A stretch of DNA of 64,000 nucleotides, taken from the NCBI GenBank assembly GCA_001642005.1, contig LWCA01000055.1:1-64000 (forward strand). Direction: 5' to 3'. The notes under the pieces are model-generated. The model saw only the letters and a list, made by a program, of their open reading frames with translations. It was not told the DNA's origin and searched no databases. Made by a program: the position numbers and the translations under genes. The stretch is from Intoshia linei (Eukaryota; Animalia; Orthonectida). This document shows, in pieces, positions 13,399 through 28,000 of this stretch. How positions within the stretch are numbered: position 1 is the stretch's first letter; every line of letters begins with the position of its first letter.

Positions 13399-14683
13399 TT
13401 AAATTTTCATTTTTTTCGATTTCTGTATGATAGTTTCTTTAGACACTGTTGTACTGTTTGGAAAATTGAATCCATCATCTTTTCCACTATCCCATTCCAG
13501 TTGGTATATAGATAGTTTAGACTGAACATATCGATACCACTTCAAAATTTGTTATATAAATATTGCATATTTATATTCATGCTCATTAGTAGAATTATTG
13601 AAAATAGTATCTTGACACAAAACTTCCATAAATCGTGTAAAATCGATACCATAATTAACATCAAAATTGTTGGGTTCTATTTTGGAAAGTCTAGGAAGGA
13701 AATATTTGTTTGGTATCACAGAGGGAATGATTTCTCCAGTATCGAAGCCATTTAAATATAGTAAATCCATTTTATTATCTGGTAAAATTACCTTAACTAC
13801 ATCGGGATTAACAAACATTATGGAATCTGATGGCAAAAAATTCGCAATGTACCCAATAGGAAGTTTAGCTATTGCGGCAGCTTGAAATATAATATAGCTG
13901 TAAACTCCGTTTTTCATAAAAATAGTTCGAATAAATTATCCACGTAATGGATTCTTTGTGTCCCAGTTTTTGAGCATGATTTTGTACGATCACGTTACGA
14001 AACTTTGTATAAACACTTTCAGGTGGATAAACAATTTTGTTGTACTAATCAATTGTCGTGCAATGAAAATGTGGATAAAATAATTGGCTACAGCTTTTAA
14101 ATGATTAGTATACTCGTAAAACGTAAAGAAATCCAATGTATCTTTAAACAACAGTGTAAAGTAAAAGCTATTGTAAGGTGTTTCACAGTTTTTTCGGTTA
14201 TGATAGACACGCTTTTGAATGGTAATATTCTCGTACAAAATTGTTGTCGTGTAATTCAATATCCAATGCAGTAGCAGTGTAAAATTTATCAGTTGACACT
14301 GTAATGTATTTTTTTATTATTGAACCAAGATTGTTTTGATCACATTGAAACTTGTTCTTAACACTTTTAGACGACGTCAAATGACTACTATTTAACCCAA
14401 CGGTAGAGTTTGGATTGACATCTAATTTACTGTATTCTTTATCATCAATATTCTTCATTACGATGTCACAAGAATCCTTTTTCCTGGATTTATTTTAATC
14501 GTCTAAATTTTTATTGTAATAAATATTTATTGGAATGTTACCTTTAATTTTTATATCATGAATAACAACATTGTTTTATATTTTTTCGATAAGTCTAGTG
14601 CTAGTTTCATCATTAATGCAAATACCGGAAATATTAAGTTGGTCGATATCGATATTTATATCGTTCCATTTAGACTTGTTCAT
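13399..14683 (-). pseudogene. Decayed orphan gene between genes B and C
   Basis: ATG at 14683 and a GT-AG intron at ~14541-14503. ORF-track pieces 13990-14259 and 13552-13917 are in one frame separated by TGA/TAA; further TAA stops and one frameshift near 14200-14260. No recognisable domain. Confidence 0.55.
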
Positions 14684-16518
14684 AGTTTGATTTTATTCTT
14701 TCTCTAAAGGTAAAATTAAAAAAATATTTAGTTTGTATAAATTGCTCAATTCAAACCAAAATTAGTTCCAACAAAAAAACTCTAATGCTGGAAGCGGATA
14801 CATGTATTATTTTTAGTAATTACCGATATATTATGCAGTATATTCAATTTTTAAAGTTTTTTAAAATGTTAAAATATTATTCAAATTTAATGTTGCAGTC
14901 AAGTAAATTACTGTAGAATGAAAAGATAGTAACTAATATTTATCAATGCTAAATAGCACATTTTATGTTGACGCGACTGATGTAATTGGCTATTATACAT
15001 CAAAATAATTAAAATAAAATGCAGTTAATAATTGAATATGTGCTTTGCTTTCACTGGTCAACGGTGTCGATATGATTTTAGTCATGTCGAATGAAATACC
15101 GATTTACAAAGGAAATGTGATAGTGTAATTTTAATATACAAATTGTATTGTGTTAATGTCACAATATTAAATGTTCTAATATTGGATATTGAATTTAAAT
15201 TACAAAATAACCAATCATTTATTTTGTCTAATTTATGACATTATAACGGTTTTTTATCCGTACTAATAAATATGTATAATATGCTATGCAATATTTTTAG
15301 TGCGTGTCAGTATATGTTATTGATTATTTCAATAACTACCAGTCTTAAAATTTTATAAAGTCTCCATTTCAATTACAGTTTTTTCTGGGGTGTTAGCAAA
15401 ATAATTTTTAATCACCCAAACTCACATCTTACGAGTCAAAAAGCCTAATTATCCTTTTTTTTGAAAATCAAACTTGTTAGAGAATTTAAAAAAATATATA
15501 GTCTGATACAGATTTTAAAATGATAAATATTATCATCAATTTAAATTTAAAAAAAATATATCTTCGGGCCAAAACCCCAAATGACCCTTTTTTTATGAAA
15601 ACAGCCCTGTAAGATGATCAATTTTGTGTATGTTACGAATATCCATATTAAAATATTTGAACGCAAAAAAAACACACCTACTTTTGCCCTAAATGTCCTT
15701 AAAAAAGGATAATGTACTGTGAAAATTTATACTAAATTTAAAATTGAAGCTTACTAAATTCAATAATTAGTAATTAATTTGTTGCTATGATGTAAATTAA
15801 ATTTTTTTCTATCAAAAAATCGTTTAAAGTTAAAATATAATACATTTAAATCGTTACAGAAATTACTTTAAGATGCATATTACAGCAAAAATTGAATATT
15901 AAAGTGATTTTTTGATCGTGAAGGCATCACGTTTTCAGATTAAAATTTTTTATGTGTATTAACTGGATGTAACTGTATCAACTATATTATTTTTTAATAC
16001 CTAGGACTATTTTCATTTTTAAAAAAAGGGTAATCTGTGGTTTTTATCGTAAAAATCACTTCTCTAGGTTGGTGATTTATGATTATGTTTATGAGTTTAA
16101 ACACTATTCCAAAATTTATGTTGTATACAATTCTAGGACTCGTTTGACTTAAAAAAAAAGATAATTGGGGTTTTTTAATTAAAGAACTTAAATTCTGAAA
16201 GTGAAATTTGCGATAAAACATGACACTCGAAAAATTTATTGAATTTTTAAAGCTTGAGTCTTCTTACTTTCTTAAATAAACTGATACACAGATAGACAAA
16301 TAAATAAAAATACATACATTTTTATCTAAATTACTTTATATACGTAAGGTGGAGATGATGATGATGATATTGGATCAGTTTTAACATTTCCTATATAGAT
16401 AGGTTTATCAATTTAATATATGAAATTGACAAACTAAAATGAAACATTTACGAATAAAATTTTAATAATTTATTAATTATATTTTACTATATAATATTGA
16501 ATTTTTTTTTTTTGATAT

Positions 16519-19147
16519 TTATATAGTTCCCTCGATGGTCTCTGGTAAGTTTCGTTCATCCAACAACATTTTATCAATAGAATGTAAAGATTGCGATAGT
16601 GTCCAAATTTTATTTCCAACTTGAACTATTCCAATCAAAACATCACTCATGTATTAAACAACGTCTTCAGGTCCAGCTAAAATGTACATAGTTATATAAT
16701 TAACATTTACTTGCACAAATTAGTTAATGGATATACAATTCAAACATCATCTTTTTAAAAAAAAGTAAATTATAGGTACTATCCAAACGTAGACCAAGAG
16801 GATGCATTTATAATGAAAATTAGTACAATACACCATTATTTCTTTCAGCAGACTTATATTTATCAAAATTAATATATATTAATTATTTATAATTAATAAT
16901 TATAATTATTATAATTATAATATAATATATAATATAAAAAAAGCACTTTTGAAATGATAAAACGAGTCAAAAAATAATAAAATGTTATCGTTGATTTATA
17001 TTTACAATGCGTTTGAAAACAAAAATTTTATATTAAAATCATTAATCAAATGAAAAAGAAAAACGGATATTGCTTAAATAGAATTAATCAATATCAAATA
17101 AATTAGATTTAAACCACAAAAATTATCAAAATTTTCTGATTCAAATTAGTTGATCATATATTTATAACAAAAAATATGTTACAACATTAAAATTTTTAAA
17201 TGGCCGATCTTTCCTTAAAATACGTTTTAACATTAAGAATGATCGTTCTACTGAATCGGAAGTGCATTGCAAAGTTGTAAATCACAATATAAAGATGATT
17301 CCATATTTCCTACAGGATTTATAATATCATTAATGTGAGAGTAAATTTCTTTGATTTATAAATAAAATATAAACCAAAGGATAGGCAATCTTGACAGAGC
17401 TAAATTTTCCAAAGTATAATAGTGAAAGGAAAAAACAATAGTTAGGAAATGTAATGAGATGATCAGATAAGCTTGAGAAAAAGAAAACGACTGAAAAATT
17501 TATTAGGAAAATAAAATTTAAAACTGTTTAAATATAAAATTAACCATTTAGTTAACATGAAAATGTGAAAGTTTTAAAATTTAAATGTAAAAATTAAATG
17601 TTTACTGTATAATACAAAATGTCTACTTATATAGTATTCACAAAAGAGCAAATAAATTTTGAAAAAATCGAGCACTATAAATTGAAAAACGAGTACATTT
17701 TTACATTCCGAGTAATCATGCAACATTTGTATTAAAAAGAGCAGATGTCAATTATTTTAGTGTATATGAGTATTTCGATCACTTTACTCGTTTTTATCTA
17801 CTCTAATTATAACAGTGTAAATATATATACTTAAAGCTTTATTAAACATAAAATCACCCATGGATCATGGGTCATGGTATTATATTATATAAATGTTATT
17901 ATATATTACTAGGTTCCGGTAATTCATTGATGAAATTAATAACTTCTCCAATAGCATCAGTGAAACAAGATATTTTGTCTAAACTGTTACCAAATTCAGA
18001 AACTATAATTTGGCAAATTATAATTATTAAATTAAATTTTAATAAACAAATATAAATTAAAATGAAATGTTACTGGAAGCCATGTCATTAATATCAAAAT
18101 TGGGACATATTCCATTTTCGAAATCTAAATTGAAAATATAAATTTTTTTATTTTTCAACTGTTAAATAATATGATCAATGATTATACATAAATTACTTAA
18201 ATGTACTTACCTATTTCAGATAAAATTTCAATAAGTTCATTTACTGCCTCAGATGTACATTCATCTTCCCAAATGTCAAATTTGCGTGCAGGGTCACAAT
18301 TTTTGAAATCTATTTTAAATTTATTGGTAGTTTTTAAAAGTAAAATTACTAAATGCATAAAATTGCATAAATATTTCAAAAACTTTCTGGAATTTTCTTC
18401 CTTCATTTTCCTCAAGGCTATTTAATTTATCTAATATGATTTCTACTAATTCTTCTACATCAGCAACTAAATGTATTGTATAATTACATGATATTTATTT
18501 AAATTTAATCAAGACCCTTTTTTTTCATATTGTTTCGTTATTTCGTATATTATAATGCCATTATAGTTAAAAATTCACCTTCTGGATCAGATTCAAAGAA
18601 ATTTTTTATTTTTTCAATTCCGCTCTCGAATTTACCGTGTACACGTTCAATCATATCTAGCCAGTTTTTTCCATTTTCAAACATTTCCTGCTTTTCAATT
18701 TCTAAAATTTAATAAAACAAATTTTTTGTTAGATTCATTATATTTCATGTTAATTAAAATTAGTAAATTGTGTTACATTCGAATTTTTTATTTGGATGCT
18801 CTTCATCTTTATCTTTACGGCATTTTTTTTTTCCATTCATTTCTTTTTTTATTTTGATTAAAGATTTCATTATTGGATGTGTACGTTTATCAACTGACCC
18901 ATGTGTTAAATCGGCTATAGCGTCATTAAGTTGTCTTTTAGTTTCTATGACAGTTCTTTTTACTGTGAGTTTAACGTTGTTTTTCTTTTTTGCCTCTTCT
19001 ACATCATGGTGGGCTTTATCAACTATATCTTTTTTGCCTCGCATTACACTTCTTAGCTTACTTAAATCATCGTCAATTTCGTCCATGTTGTCATCATCAT
19101 CATCATTTTGACCATCACGTTTCAAAAGTAATTTTATTACTCTTTTC
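16519..19147 (-). pseudogene. Gene C, paralogue of gene B, with premature stop(s); first (signal) exon not located
   Basis: Exons 19147-~18777, 18701-~18579, 18466-18350, 18309-18211, 18124-18074, 18002-17910, 16676-16519. Exon lengths 117/99/51 nt equal gene B exons 5-7. ADVEELVEIILDKL aligns to PEVEELVEIIIDQL and the Cys residues align. In-frame TAA at 16654-16656. Confidence 0.8.
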
Positions 19148-19409
19148 TTTAAAATATTGTACTATATTTAATATATTGTAGTATCATTTTAAAAATTTAT
19201 TATTAATTACTATTATTAATATTGATATACATGTCATGTTGCATGTTGTCATGTAGATGTTAAATTTATATAGACCAGGGGTGTCAGACTCAATTTGCTC
19301 AACGGGCCAAATGTGAAAAAAATTATGTTAAAACTAACAGATTTAATTAATTAATATATATACACTATAGTATTTAATAATATATTGTATTGTAAACAAT
19401 TATTTATGA

Positions 19410-21782
19410 ACCTTGATTGATAAATCCTTTCCCAAAATTAGTTCTTTGTGGTTGTTCATCTATTACGTTAATAACAATATGATTATTGTCACCGCTTAGA
19501 TTATTCGGCCTGACATCTATTAGTAAAACATATATAATAAATAATCAAGCTAGTATATATATTGTATACTAGCTTGAGTGTTATGTTCTTCGTACAAACA
19601 TTAACGAGCTCTGCCGAGTACGGCCTTTTTTAATTCAAAATTTCTATCAAAAAATACATTCAATAATATTAGCTTACATAAAAATGCTACTATTCACCAC
19701 AGTTAACACTCGTAAAATGTCTACTTTTTTGTGAAAGTGATCACGTTTTCCACTATAGGTACAATTATCATACTACCATAGTTATGGTACTAATTAAACT
19801 AATTAAAAAAATAATGAGTCATTATTAAGGACTTAGACTGTATATGTATTAATATTTATTTATTATATTTATCTAAGAATCTAAATGTATTAAATATGTA
19901 ATCATTGTCATCAGAGCTCAGTTTCGGATTTCAAATTTTCAGCCAGGGGAACAAAATAATTATAATTATTAAGGGGCTAAACTGATGTAATGCATTTAAA
20001 TTAAAATTTTTGTAATATGTTTTTTCTTCTAGTTTTCATTCTACTAAATTTTTCAACAATGGCATCAAAATCGAGATTTTCGACTAGTTCTTTCGATGGT
20101 CAACAAAGTGAAGTGTGATAATTCAACTTAAACTGCTGTTATTAGCATAAAAAATAATTTATAGATTGATGATCATTGATCATTACATAAAACGTATACA
20201 ATAATCACAAACATAATTCAATAAATGCAATTTCATGGGTCCCAAAAAAAGTTTGGTAATTTAATACAAAAATTAAAATATTTTAGAGGTACATTTGTTA
20301 CGCCAAGGGGCTCTTAGATCCACTACTGCTTGTGCTAGTTCAGTTAGGAGCCAAAATTAATTGATCTTTTACAACTGGTTATTTAATTTTATCAAAATGA
20401 ATGTAATACTGCTTCCAAGCACTAAATTTCCTTCTCTAACAATTTCTCGTACATTTACTTGTGTGTTTTCAATTAAACTATCGTTTGTTTCATTTTCTGC
20501 ATTCGGTGTTATATCTTTTAATAAAAACATGTTAATATAATAATTAATCTGAATGCTTATAATCTTAAATAAATACTTTATTTAAATTTAAAGCTAAAAT
20601 ATAATTAAGACTACACATTAAGGTGTTAACATTTTTCTAAAACATAAAATCCAAGGTTGTACGGCATGAGAAATGAGTTAAAACTAACCTCTATGATTTT
20701 AGTATTGCAAAAACATCAGACTACTCAGCGATTTAAAATTACTCGTTTAATTTGAAATTAACTTTATTTTGATTGTTAATTATTAAATTTATTATAATTT
20801 TGAAGATGATTAACACTGTCATTTAATAATTCATCATCAATATACTTGATTCACACCTTCTCACGAAGATATTGGACTTTGTGTATTGCACGTTCGGCCA
20901 CTTCGTTTGTTAGAGCAACATTAAATGGGGGTATGGAGGTATAATTATGTTTTTTTAGAAACATAGACAATAAAAATATTTAAAATGATCAACCTCACTC
21001 GAATCGACATTTTTCCAACACCCCATTCTAGATTATATTATTTTACATGAAAATACACTAGATGCGCACTAGTCGCTCTATTCTTGAATACGTGTGACAC
21101 CCTAATCGACATATTAAAGAATTATTTTTAAATTTTCACAATTTCAGATAAAACTAATTTTATCAATTACATAAATTTAAATAGATATTAATTTTAAAAT
21201 ATTTCTGGCATTAATTTTTTTATAATTAGAAATTGCGGACAAGTTGAGTTATTTTAAATGTTTTTAAATTTTATATTTTAATTTCTTGATATATAAGATA
21301 AAATGTGTCCCTATAAACCCGAGCTAAAACTTAAAAACGGGAAAATTAACTAATATTACAAACTTACATTTTAATGGTGTTTACATTGCATGTCATACAA
21401 TATTATCAGTGGTGGCTCTTCATTGAAGTTTTATGGGCTACAGTGCAGTGTTATAATTAAATTAACTGAATAAAATTAACTAAAATTATTTAATTAAATT
21501 CATACACTAACAGTGCACTGTTTGTAGCCTGATATTCGTAAATTTCCTCGTGTAACAGTATTACAATTCAATACATGCCAAATACATGTCTATGAATATG
21601 TTCATGCAGTTTCACTAATTATTTTGTCTACGAGCCGCCACTGAATATTATATTCAGATTAATCCTTATTATTATTATTGTTTGAATACCATTATGTGAA
21701 AATTGTACATGGCCACCTTTTGTGTTCCTTTCATTCAATTTTTGGTCGGCCCTATGTCGAAGAATATGCATGGATGTGACAT
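19410..21782 (-). CDS. Exon-like segments (~21782-21691, ~20514-20410, ~19516-19410) of an unresolved gene, possibly the 5' part of gene C
   Basis: Each begins after a AG acceptor in phase 1 and is open: DVTSMHILRHRADQK..., DITPNAENETNDSL..., DVRPNNLSGDNNH...; no homology recognised and linkage unproven. Confidence 0.3.
20619..21104. mobile_element. hATm-like internally deleted element
   Basis: Ends TAAGGTGTTAAC...GTGACACCCTA; minus-strand remnant TNEVAERAIHKV (C-terminal NxxAER motif); the left end resembles the reverse complement of 51256-51316. Confidence 0.6.
21407..21643. mobile_element. hAT (Tip100-like) MITE
   Basis: TIR CAGTGGTGGCTC / GAGCCGCCACTG; perfect 8-bp TSD AATATTAT. Confidence 0.85.
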
Positions 21783-23359
21783 CTAATTAATTAAATTCAA
21801 ATTAAATTATTACAAAATCATTAATATACAAAACTACAATTCAAAAAAAAAATAATAAATTCTCCTAAAATTTTAAAAAGAAACCAAAATTAAACCACCA
21901 CGGTCAACTTTAAAGTTCAAAGGTCAATATAACGCGTCGATGCTAAATTATATTACATTAGTTTAAATTAATATACTAAATTAATTTACAATTTAGTATT
22001 TTCTTTAATGTTTAACAACTTAATGTTAAGTTATATTAACCATTTTTAAAATAAATTTCATTTTAAAATTAATAAGTATGACCTTAAGACATGATAATTC
22101 CAAATATTATTTGGAAAACTCGTTTAATTTTCATTTAATTTTTAAAACTATTTTGAAAATGGTTTAGCGATAATCTCAACAATGATAAACATATCAACAG
22201 TTATATTTTATTACTTTATTTCACGAAATAAGAATAATTTAAAAAACTGTGCATTTCTTTTTATTTGCTTTGTACTAACAATCCTTAGTAAAGAAATAAT
22301 TAATTTACAAAGTGTGCAATGCATAGTATCATTGTATTGCATATTATACTTTTTAGCTCAGAATGTAGATAAAAACATACTTGAACATTAGGGTGTCAAG
22401 TGATTTTTACCTAGTTATATTTTCCTTTACTGGTAGGGAAAATCGTATTCGTTCTCAAAATCGACAGATATGATGCAATTGAATTTCAATACATTGTAAT
22501 ACATTGTAGACAGCACATTTTTTAAAAGCATAAACATTATCATAAATCACAACCTCAAAAAAATGGTAATTTGAGGTTTTAGTCGTGAAGCTATAAGATT
22601 TTGAAATTAAAATTTATCATAATTTTTTATTATTTTAAAATCTGTATTTATATAAATTAACTAGCTTTACTGTTATGTACTTCGTAAAAACAGCAGATAG
22701 ATTTGCCAACGGTCGACTTTTTAATTGATTATATACAGTGTGTACCATTTAAAACAGTGCAATTGAAAATAAGAAGTTTATCAAAAAACATTTTCACTAG
22801 TAACACCCAAATTTGATCAATAATAAAATTATTTGGATATTTATCTAAAGTATTTAATCCTTACAAAACTATGCTGATTTTCAAAATTGAAAGCAAAAAA
22901 TTTCACTTTTGAAATGTTAAAAAACACCAAAAAAGTAAAAATTAAAATTCAGAAATTTCAAACATGATTATTTGTAAAGTGAACAACTTAAATTTAACTT
23001 TAATATTTGGCTTACTTGGCTAATTCTAAGTTATACATAGCAATAAAATATATTTAATTTATGACACGTAATTACAATCACGTCGCGTGATTGTATTTTA
23101 TTAGAATATTTTATTTTAGGCACAAAGTAAACATTGATAATAAAATAAATTTTTACGAATATTACATGTTATTGTATGATCATTATTATAATATATTATA
23201 AGCTCATTGAGCAGTAATTTGTTCATAATTTATATTAATACCGCCTTATTTTGGTTTGTATACAAACCAATATAAATTTTTGAGTGTAGTTTTTGGCATC
23301 TATACATGCAATTGTTTGGTAAGGGTTAAGAAATAGAAACATAAAATTATTTAATTTAA

Positions 23360-23573
23360 CCCTTTCACTGTCTGATGCAATTTTATATACTATTACCACA
23401 CGTCTGAAATTTATGTTTTAATTTAAATTTGTATTATTTTTAAATTACCTATGTGAAAATGTGAAAATAAAAGAATAAAGTTTTTCAAAATTATGCTGTG
23501 TATATCACAGAATACATAAACGTGTGAAGTGAAATTGCTGTGCATAGTATAAAATACACAGACAGTGAATGGG
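23360..23573. mobile_element. piggyBac-type MITE
   Basis: TTAA|CCCTTTCACTGTCTG ... CAGACAGTGAATGGG|TTAA: TTAA TSD with CCC/GGG termini. Confidence 0.85.
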
Positions 23574-23580
23574 TTAATAA

Positions 23581-23704
23581 CAGGGGTGTAAGACACAATT
23601 TGCTTGGCGAAACAAATATGTGTACAAAATTGTTATAAAAAATAAAAATTTATATTATAACGCAAGCCGGAAATGGCCCGAGGGTCGCATAATTGACACC
23701 CCTG
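23581..23704. mobile_element. hAT MITE
   Basis: TIR CAGGGGTGT / ACACCCCTG; perfect 8-bp TSD GTTAATAA overlapping the piggyBac right end. Confidence 0.85.
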
Positions 23705-25007
23705 GTTAATAATAAATGTTCAAAATGACTACCATCAGATTGGATACATAAATCAATGCGTTTAAGGAAATTATTCTAAACATTAGATAATTCTTGAGTG
23801 CTAATTGAGTTAATACTGTTAATGTTATTGGTTTTTAAGAATTCTATATTTAAAGGGGAATTTTTATAAATTTTAGATTTTATTGATCCCCACAAATAAA
23901 AATCATATGGCGTTAGATCAGGAGACCTTGGTGACCATATACTTTTTGATATTATTTTTTCGTCAAATTTTTGATTTAACCAATTCATGAATATTAATGA
24001 AGTATGGCATGTTGCTCATTCTTGTTGAAACCACACTTTTTTGCGTTCAATTGGGTTTAATAAATTGTAAAATTGCTCCAAAATATTAATATACAATTTA
24101 CTGTTATTATTAGTAGTAGTAATACACATCAATTTTGTATCATTCTGTATTTACGTCAATTTACATACAATTAAATTGTAATTGGTAAAATTTATCTGAA
24201 GTTAAATTATAGTTACACTAATTAATGTATTCGCGCAAATGGTTATATTTATAATAAAACCATGCACGGTCAACAATTTCAAATTCTTATCCGCCGCCTA
24301 TTCGTTGTCAATTTTTTTAAAATTTGAGCATTTAAAATAATTACATGTTTGAATATCGTAACTATTTTTTATTTTAAATTTAAACTCTAACATCATATCC
24401 ATGGTAAGTATAAATAAGGTATTATATAAGTATATTATAAGTATTAAGTATAAATTTCGAGAAATGTTAAAAATGTCAAATTTTTCGAAGTAAATTTAGT
24501 TAAAATCATTTATCTCTATTAAACGTTCTGTAGTGATTTTCAAAGCTATATAAGGTGATTTCAATAAGCTTTTCTATATTTATTTATCTATATTTTATAT
24601 ATTATGAATATACGTGTTTTTCGACTGTGATTAAAATTATTTACAAGATAAATTATAGATATGCATTATTGTACATAAATAATCAAATTTATTTTAGAGT
24701 AAAATATATTAATTAGTCAGTAATTTTCTTAGAAACTTTGTTATACATATTTGTATTACAATATTGATTTCACGAAATTCCATAATTCGCCAAAAATTTT
24801 GAATTTCCAATTTTGGCGATTAGTGGAGGTGGAACTTTACATCAGGGATTATTTTAACAAATTATTACAACTACACATGTAGTTGTTAACATTATTATAT
24901 TATTTTAAATTATATATTGTTTTTCGGTTCCCTTGAAACGTAAATACAATTATAATAAATTATATGTTGACTTGGTACAATTACTAATAAAAATATTTGA
25001 GAAAAAA

Positions 25008-28000
25008 ATGAATTTTTTATTTACACTCGTAAAAGATAAAAGGCAGACTACAAATCTAATAAAATCAAAAAAAATCTTAAATAATCTTTATAAATGGTAA
25101 CATTAAAATTAATTTTTGAGAATACATCACATTCAAATTTATACAATTTATAGGGGAATGGATAAATCGTTAATATTTGAAACTTTTACATATAATGAAA
25201 AATTAAATGAAATGAATACTCAACAATTTGTTAAGGTTTATCAATTTGTTTCTCACCTATTTAGAAACCTAATATAGATACTCGTAACTCATTTCCATTT
25301 GGGGTGTACAATGTAGATTCTAGATTGTATTAATATTAGTTATAAGGAAATAATGAATACTTGCAATCCTATATTAAATTTAATTTTAAAATTGTCATAT
25401 TGAATATAGTTCCTAACTGTACCTACAGTACCCGGTGTATTTATAATGTAGACCAGTGATTTTTAAGAGGTCATGTGGTCCTTAAAGTCAACTGGATAAA
25501 TTACACGTATAGGCGTCCACCAGCTTTACATTGCCGTCGCATTCTCGACAATGGAGGAAATTTTGGTCTCCAGTAATATGCTAAACCGTCTGATCTATTC
25601 TATTTGCACTATTAATTTCTGAAAAAAAGGTCCAATCTGTGTTTGTTATTTTTATTAAAAATTACCTCATATTATTGTCACCTGCATTTAAATATGGGTA
25701 CATTTAAATTTTTTTCGAGTCGAATTTAAAATTTGAATTTGATTTTGAAAATCAAACAAGTTCGAGAATTTATTAAACTGTATACTCTGATACGAATTTT
25801 AAAATCATAAATATTATCATAAATTTAAATTTAAAAAAAAATCTCCAGGTCCTGTTAACACACACACACAAAAATTTCAATCTGAATAAGTGATGCCTTC
25901 ACGGTCAAAAAAGCATTTTTATTTTGATATATTTTTTTTCCGAAATATTTTAATAAAACAAAAAATCTGAAATAATTAACGGTCCAAAAATTAAAAAAAA
26001 GATTATTCTGATAAAGCTTATTCCAGTTAATATAAATACAAAATTTATACTTCAGAAAACTACGCATACCAGGTGAAAAATAACTTTTACTATATTATCA
26101 AGGCTACGAATAATATAAAATAGCTGAAGGGGTCATAGACAGAAAAAGGTTAAGACCCACTAATGTAGACACTCTATCTGATATATTCCGAGTGTGAAAA
26201 ACAAATTTTTTAGTTATTTTATTATTGCCCATTGATTTTAATTTTTTAGGATTTGATTGATAATGAATATTTTAATCATTGGACAATGAATAAAAAAGGT
26301 ATTTTTAGTCTAATAAAACTAGTTGTATAATATAGTACAAGTAATTTATCATCTATTATAATAGTTACAGAAATTTCGTGCGATAAAATACCTTGCAACA
26401 TTACAAATATGGATTTTTTCAATCGAATTTGTAACAATGAGATTGTACGTGAAGGTGGAGAAATTTGTGGGTGTATGGATGTTATGTGTAATGATTATAT
26501 AATTGATAATGAACTGAAAAAGGTAATATTATTGAATCAACTACAAAAGCATTTTCCTAACCTACTTTTGTGGGCCGGTAAAGGTATAAAATTTATAAAA
26601 TGTTATTAGAGTGGTTTTCATCGGGACATAGATCGCTATTTTTGATTTATTTGAAATAATTATGGTATTTTTCTTCGACCATTTTACCTCTAGAAAATTA
26701 TACGGAGCGGTGATGGAAAACGCTGAATTACATCGTTGTATAACATAGTGAAGATTAAAATAATTTATTTACAATTTTAATAATAGTTATTTTATTGTTT
26801 TAGTTATTAATATTTCCTGAAGAAAGTGATTTCTTTGATATATATTCCTCCGATGAAAGAAAACAGTTCATTTTTCTTCTTTTAAAACATTTAGTTATAG
26901 GTGGAAAATTTTGTCAATATGATAGTAATATTGAAACATACATTTCTACAATCAAATCAATATACAAATATTTAATAACGTAATAGTATTAATAGTGACG
27001 CGACGGTTATTAAATTTTTAACGATTCTGATTAGAAAAAGTTTGGAAAAGCTGAATTCTATCTATCTGCAATTTAAAATATATATCATACATTAGGGTGT
27101 CACATTTTTTGAACAATTTTAGAATTCGATGGGCAATTAGCACTAAAAGTGTGTATTTTTAAAATAGAAAAACAAATTCGCAATCAAAAATATTTAACGC
27201 TATCTATTCGAGTTGCGTTTGTCATTTTAAATATCACTATAAGTATTATAAAAAAATTAAAACTGAACTTTATTTTAATGGAAATCGGGGTTTGAGCTTT
27301 AAAACGTGGTACCGCCTTTATAATACTGTTCTCCATGTTTAGTTATACAGTTTATTTTTTTAAATTTTTTCTAGTTTTTTTGGATTTTATTAACGATTTA
27401 ATTTCTCTAATTTCGATAAAAGAATTCTGGTTATTTACAATATAATAAATTTATTCAAATACAATACATTCACGATCTTGTTAATCATGTTTGCAAAAAT
27501 AAAGTCGTGTTTGCAATGAATATGGTCAATACAGAGATTCCATAATATACCAAAATTTATTACATATTTTTTGTTAAAATAACTTTTAAGTCATTTTTAA
27601 GAAGCACAAATTAAATTAATCTATCACAATATATTCGGAAAATTTTTTTTCATGATAATTGTATCATAATAATTTTTAATTGCACATGTTTCGATAATTA
27701 TATTTAAATTTTATATTATTTAATTAAATAAATTTATATTTATAATTTTAAATATATTTATATAGAGTTAATATTATTTGCATGAATTGTTGTTTCAAGA
27801 ACATGATTGGATGTAATTCTACTTTTACAACCAGAACTTACACATTTCCAGTATAATGTGGTCATGTTCCTTTAATGTATTGTATACATATATCTAAAGT
27901 GGTATAGCTTAGCCTTTCCTCTTATTGTCGAAAATAATTTTATACTGTTCGATTATATGTTGATGTTAGTCTCTTCCATTAAGTCTTTTGTTTATAATTC

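Larger units (their letters stand above)
22736..24110 (-). mobile_element. rosa-type mariner remnant interrupted by piggyBac and hAT MITEs
   Basis: TIR TA|CAGTGTGTACCATTTAAAACAGTGCA; transposase remnant VWFQQE*ATCH...WSPRSPDLTPYDFYLWG...HFEHLL (ORF 23776-23988). Confidence 0.8.
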
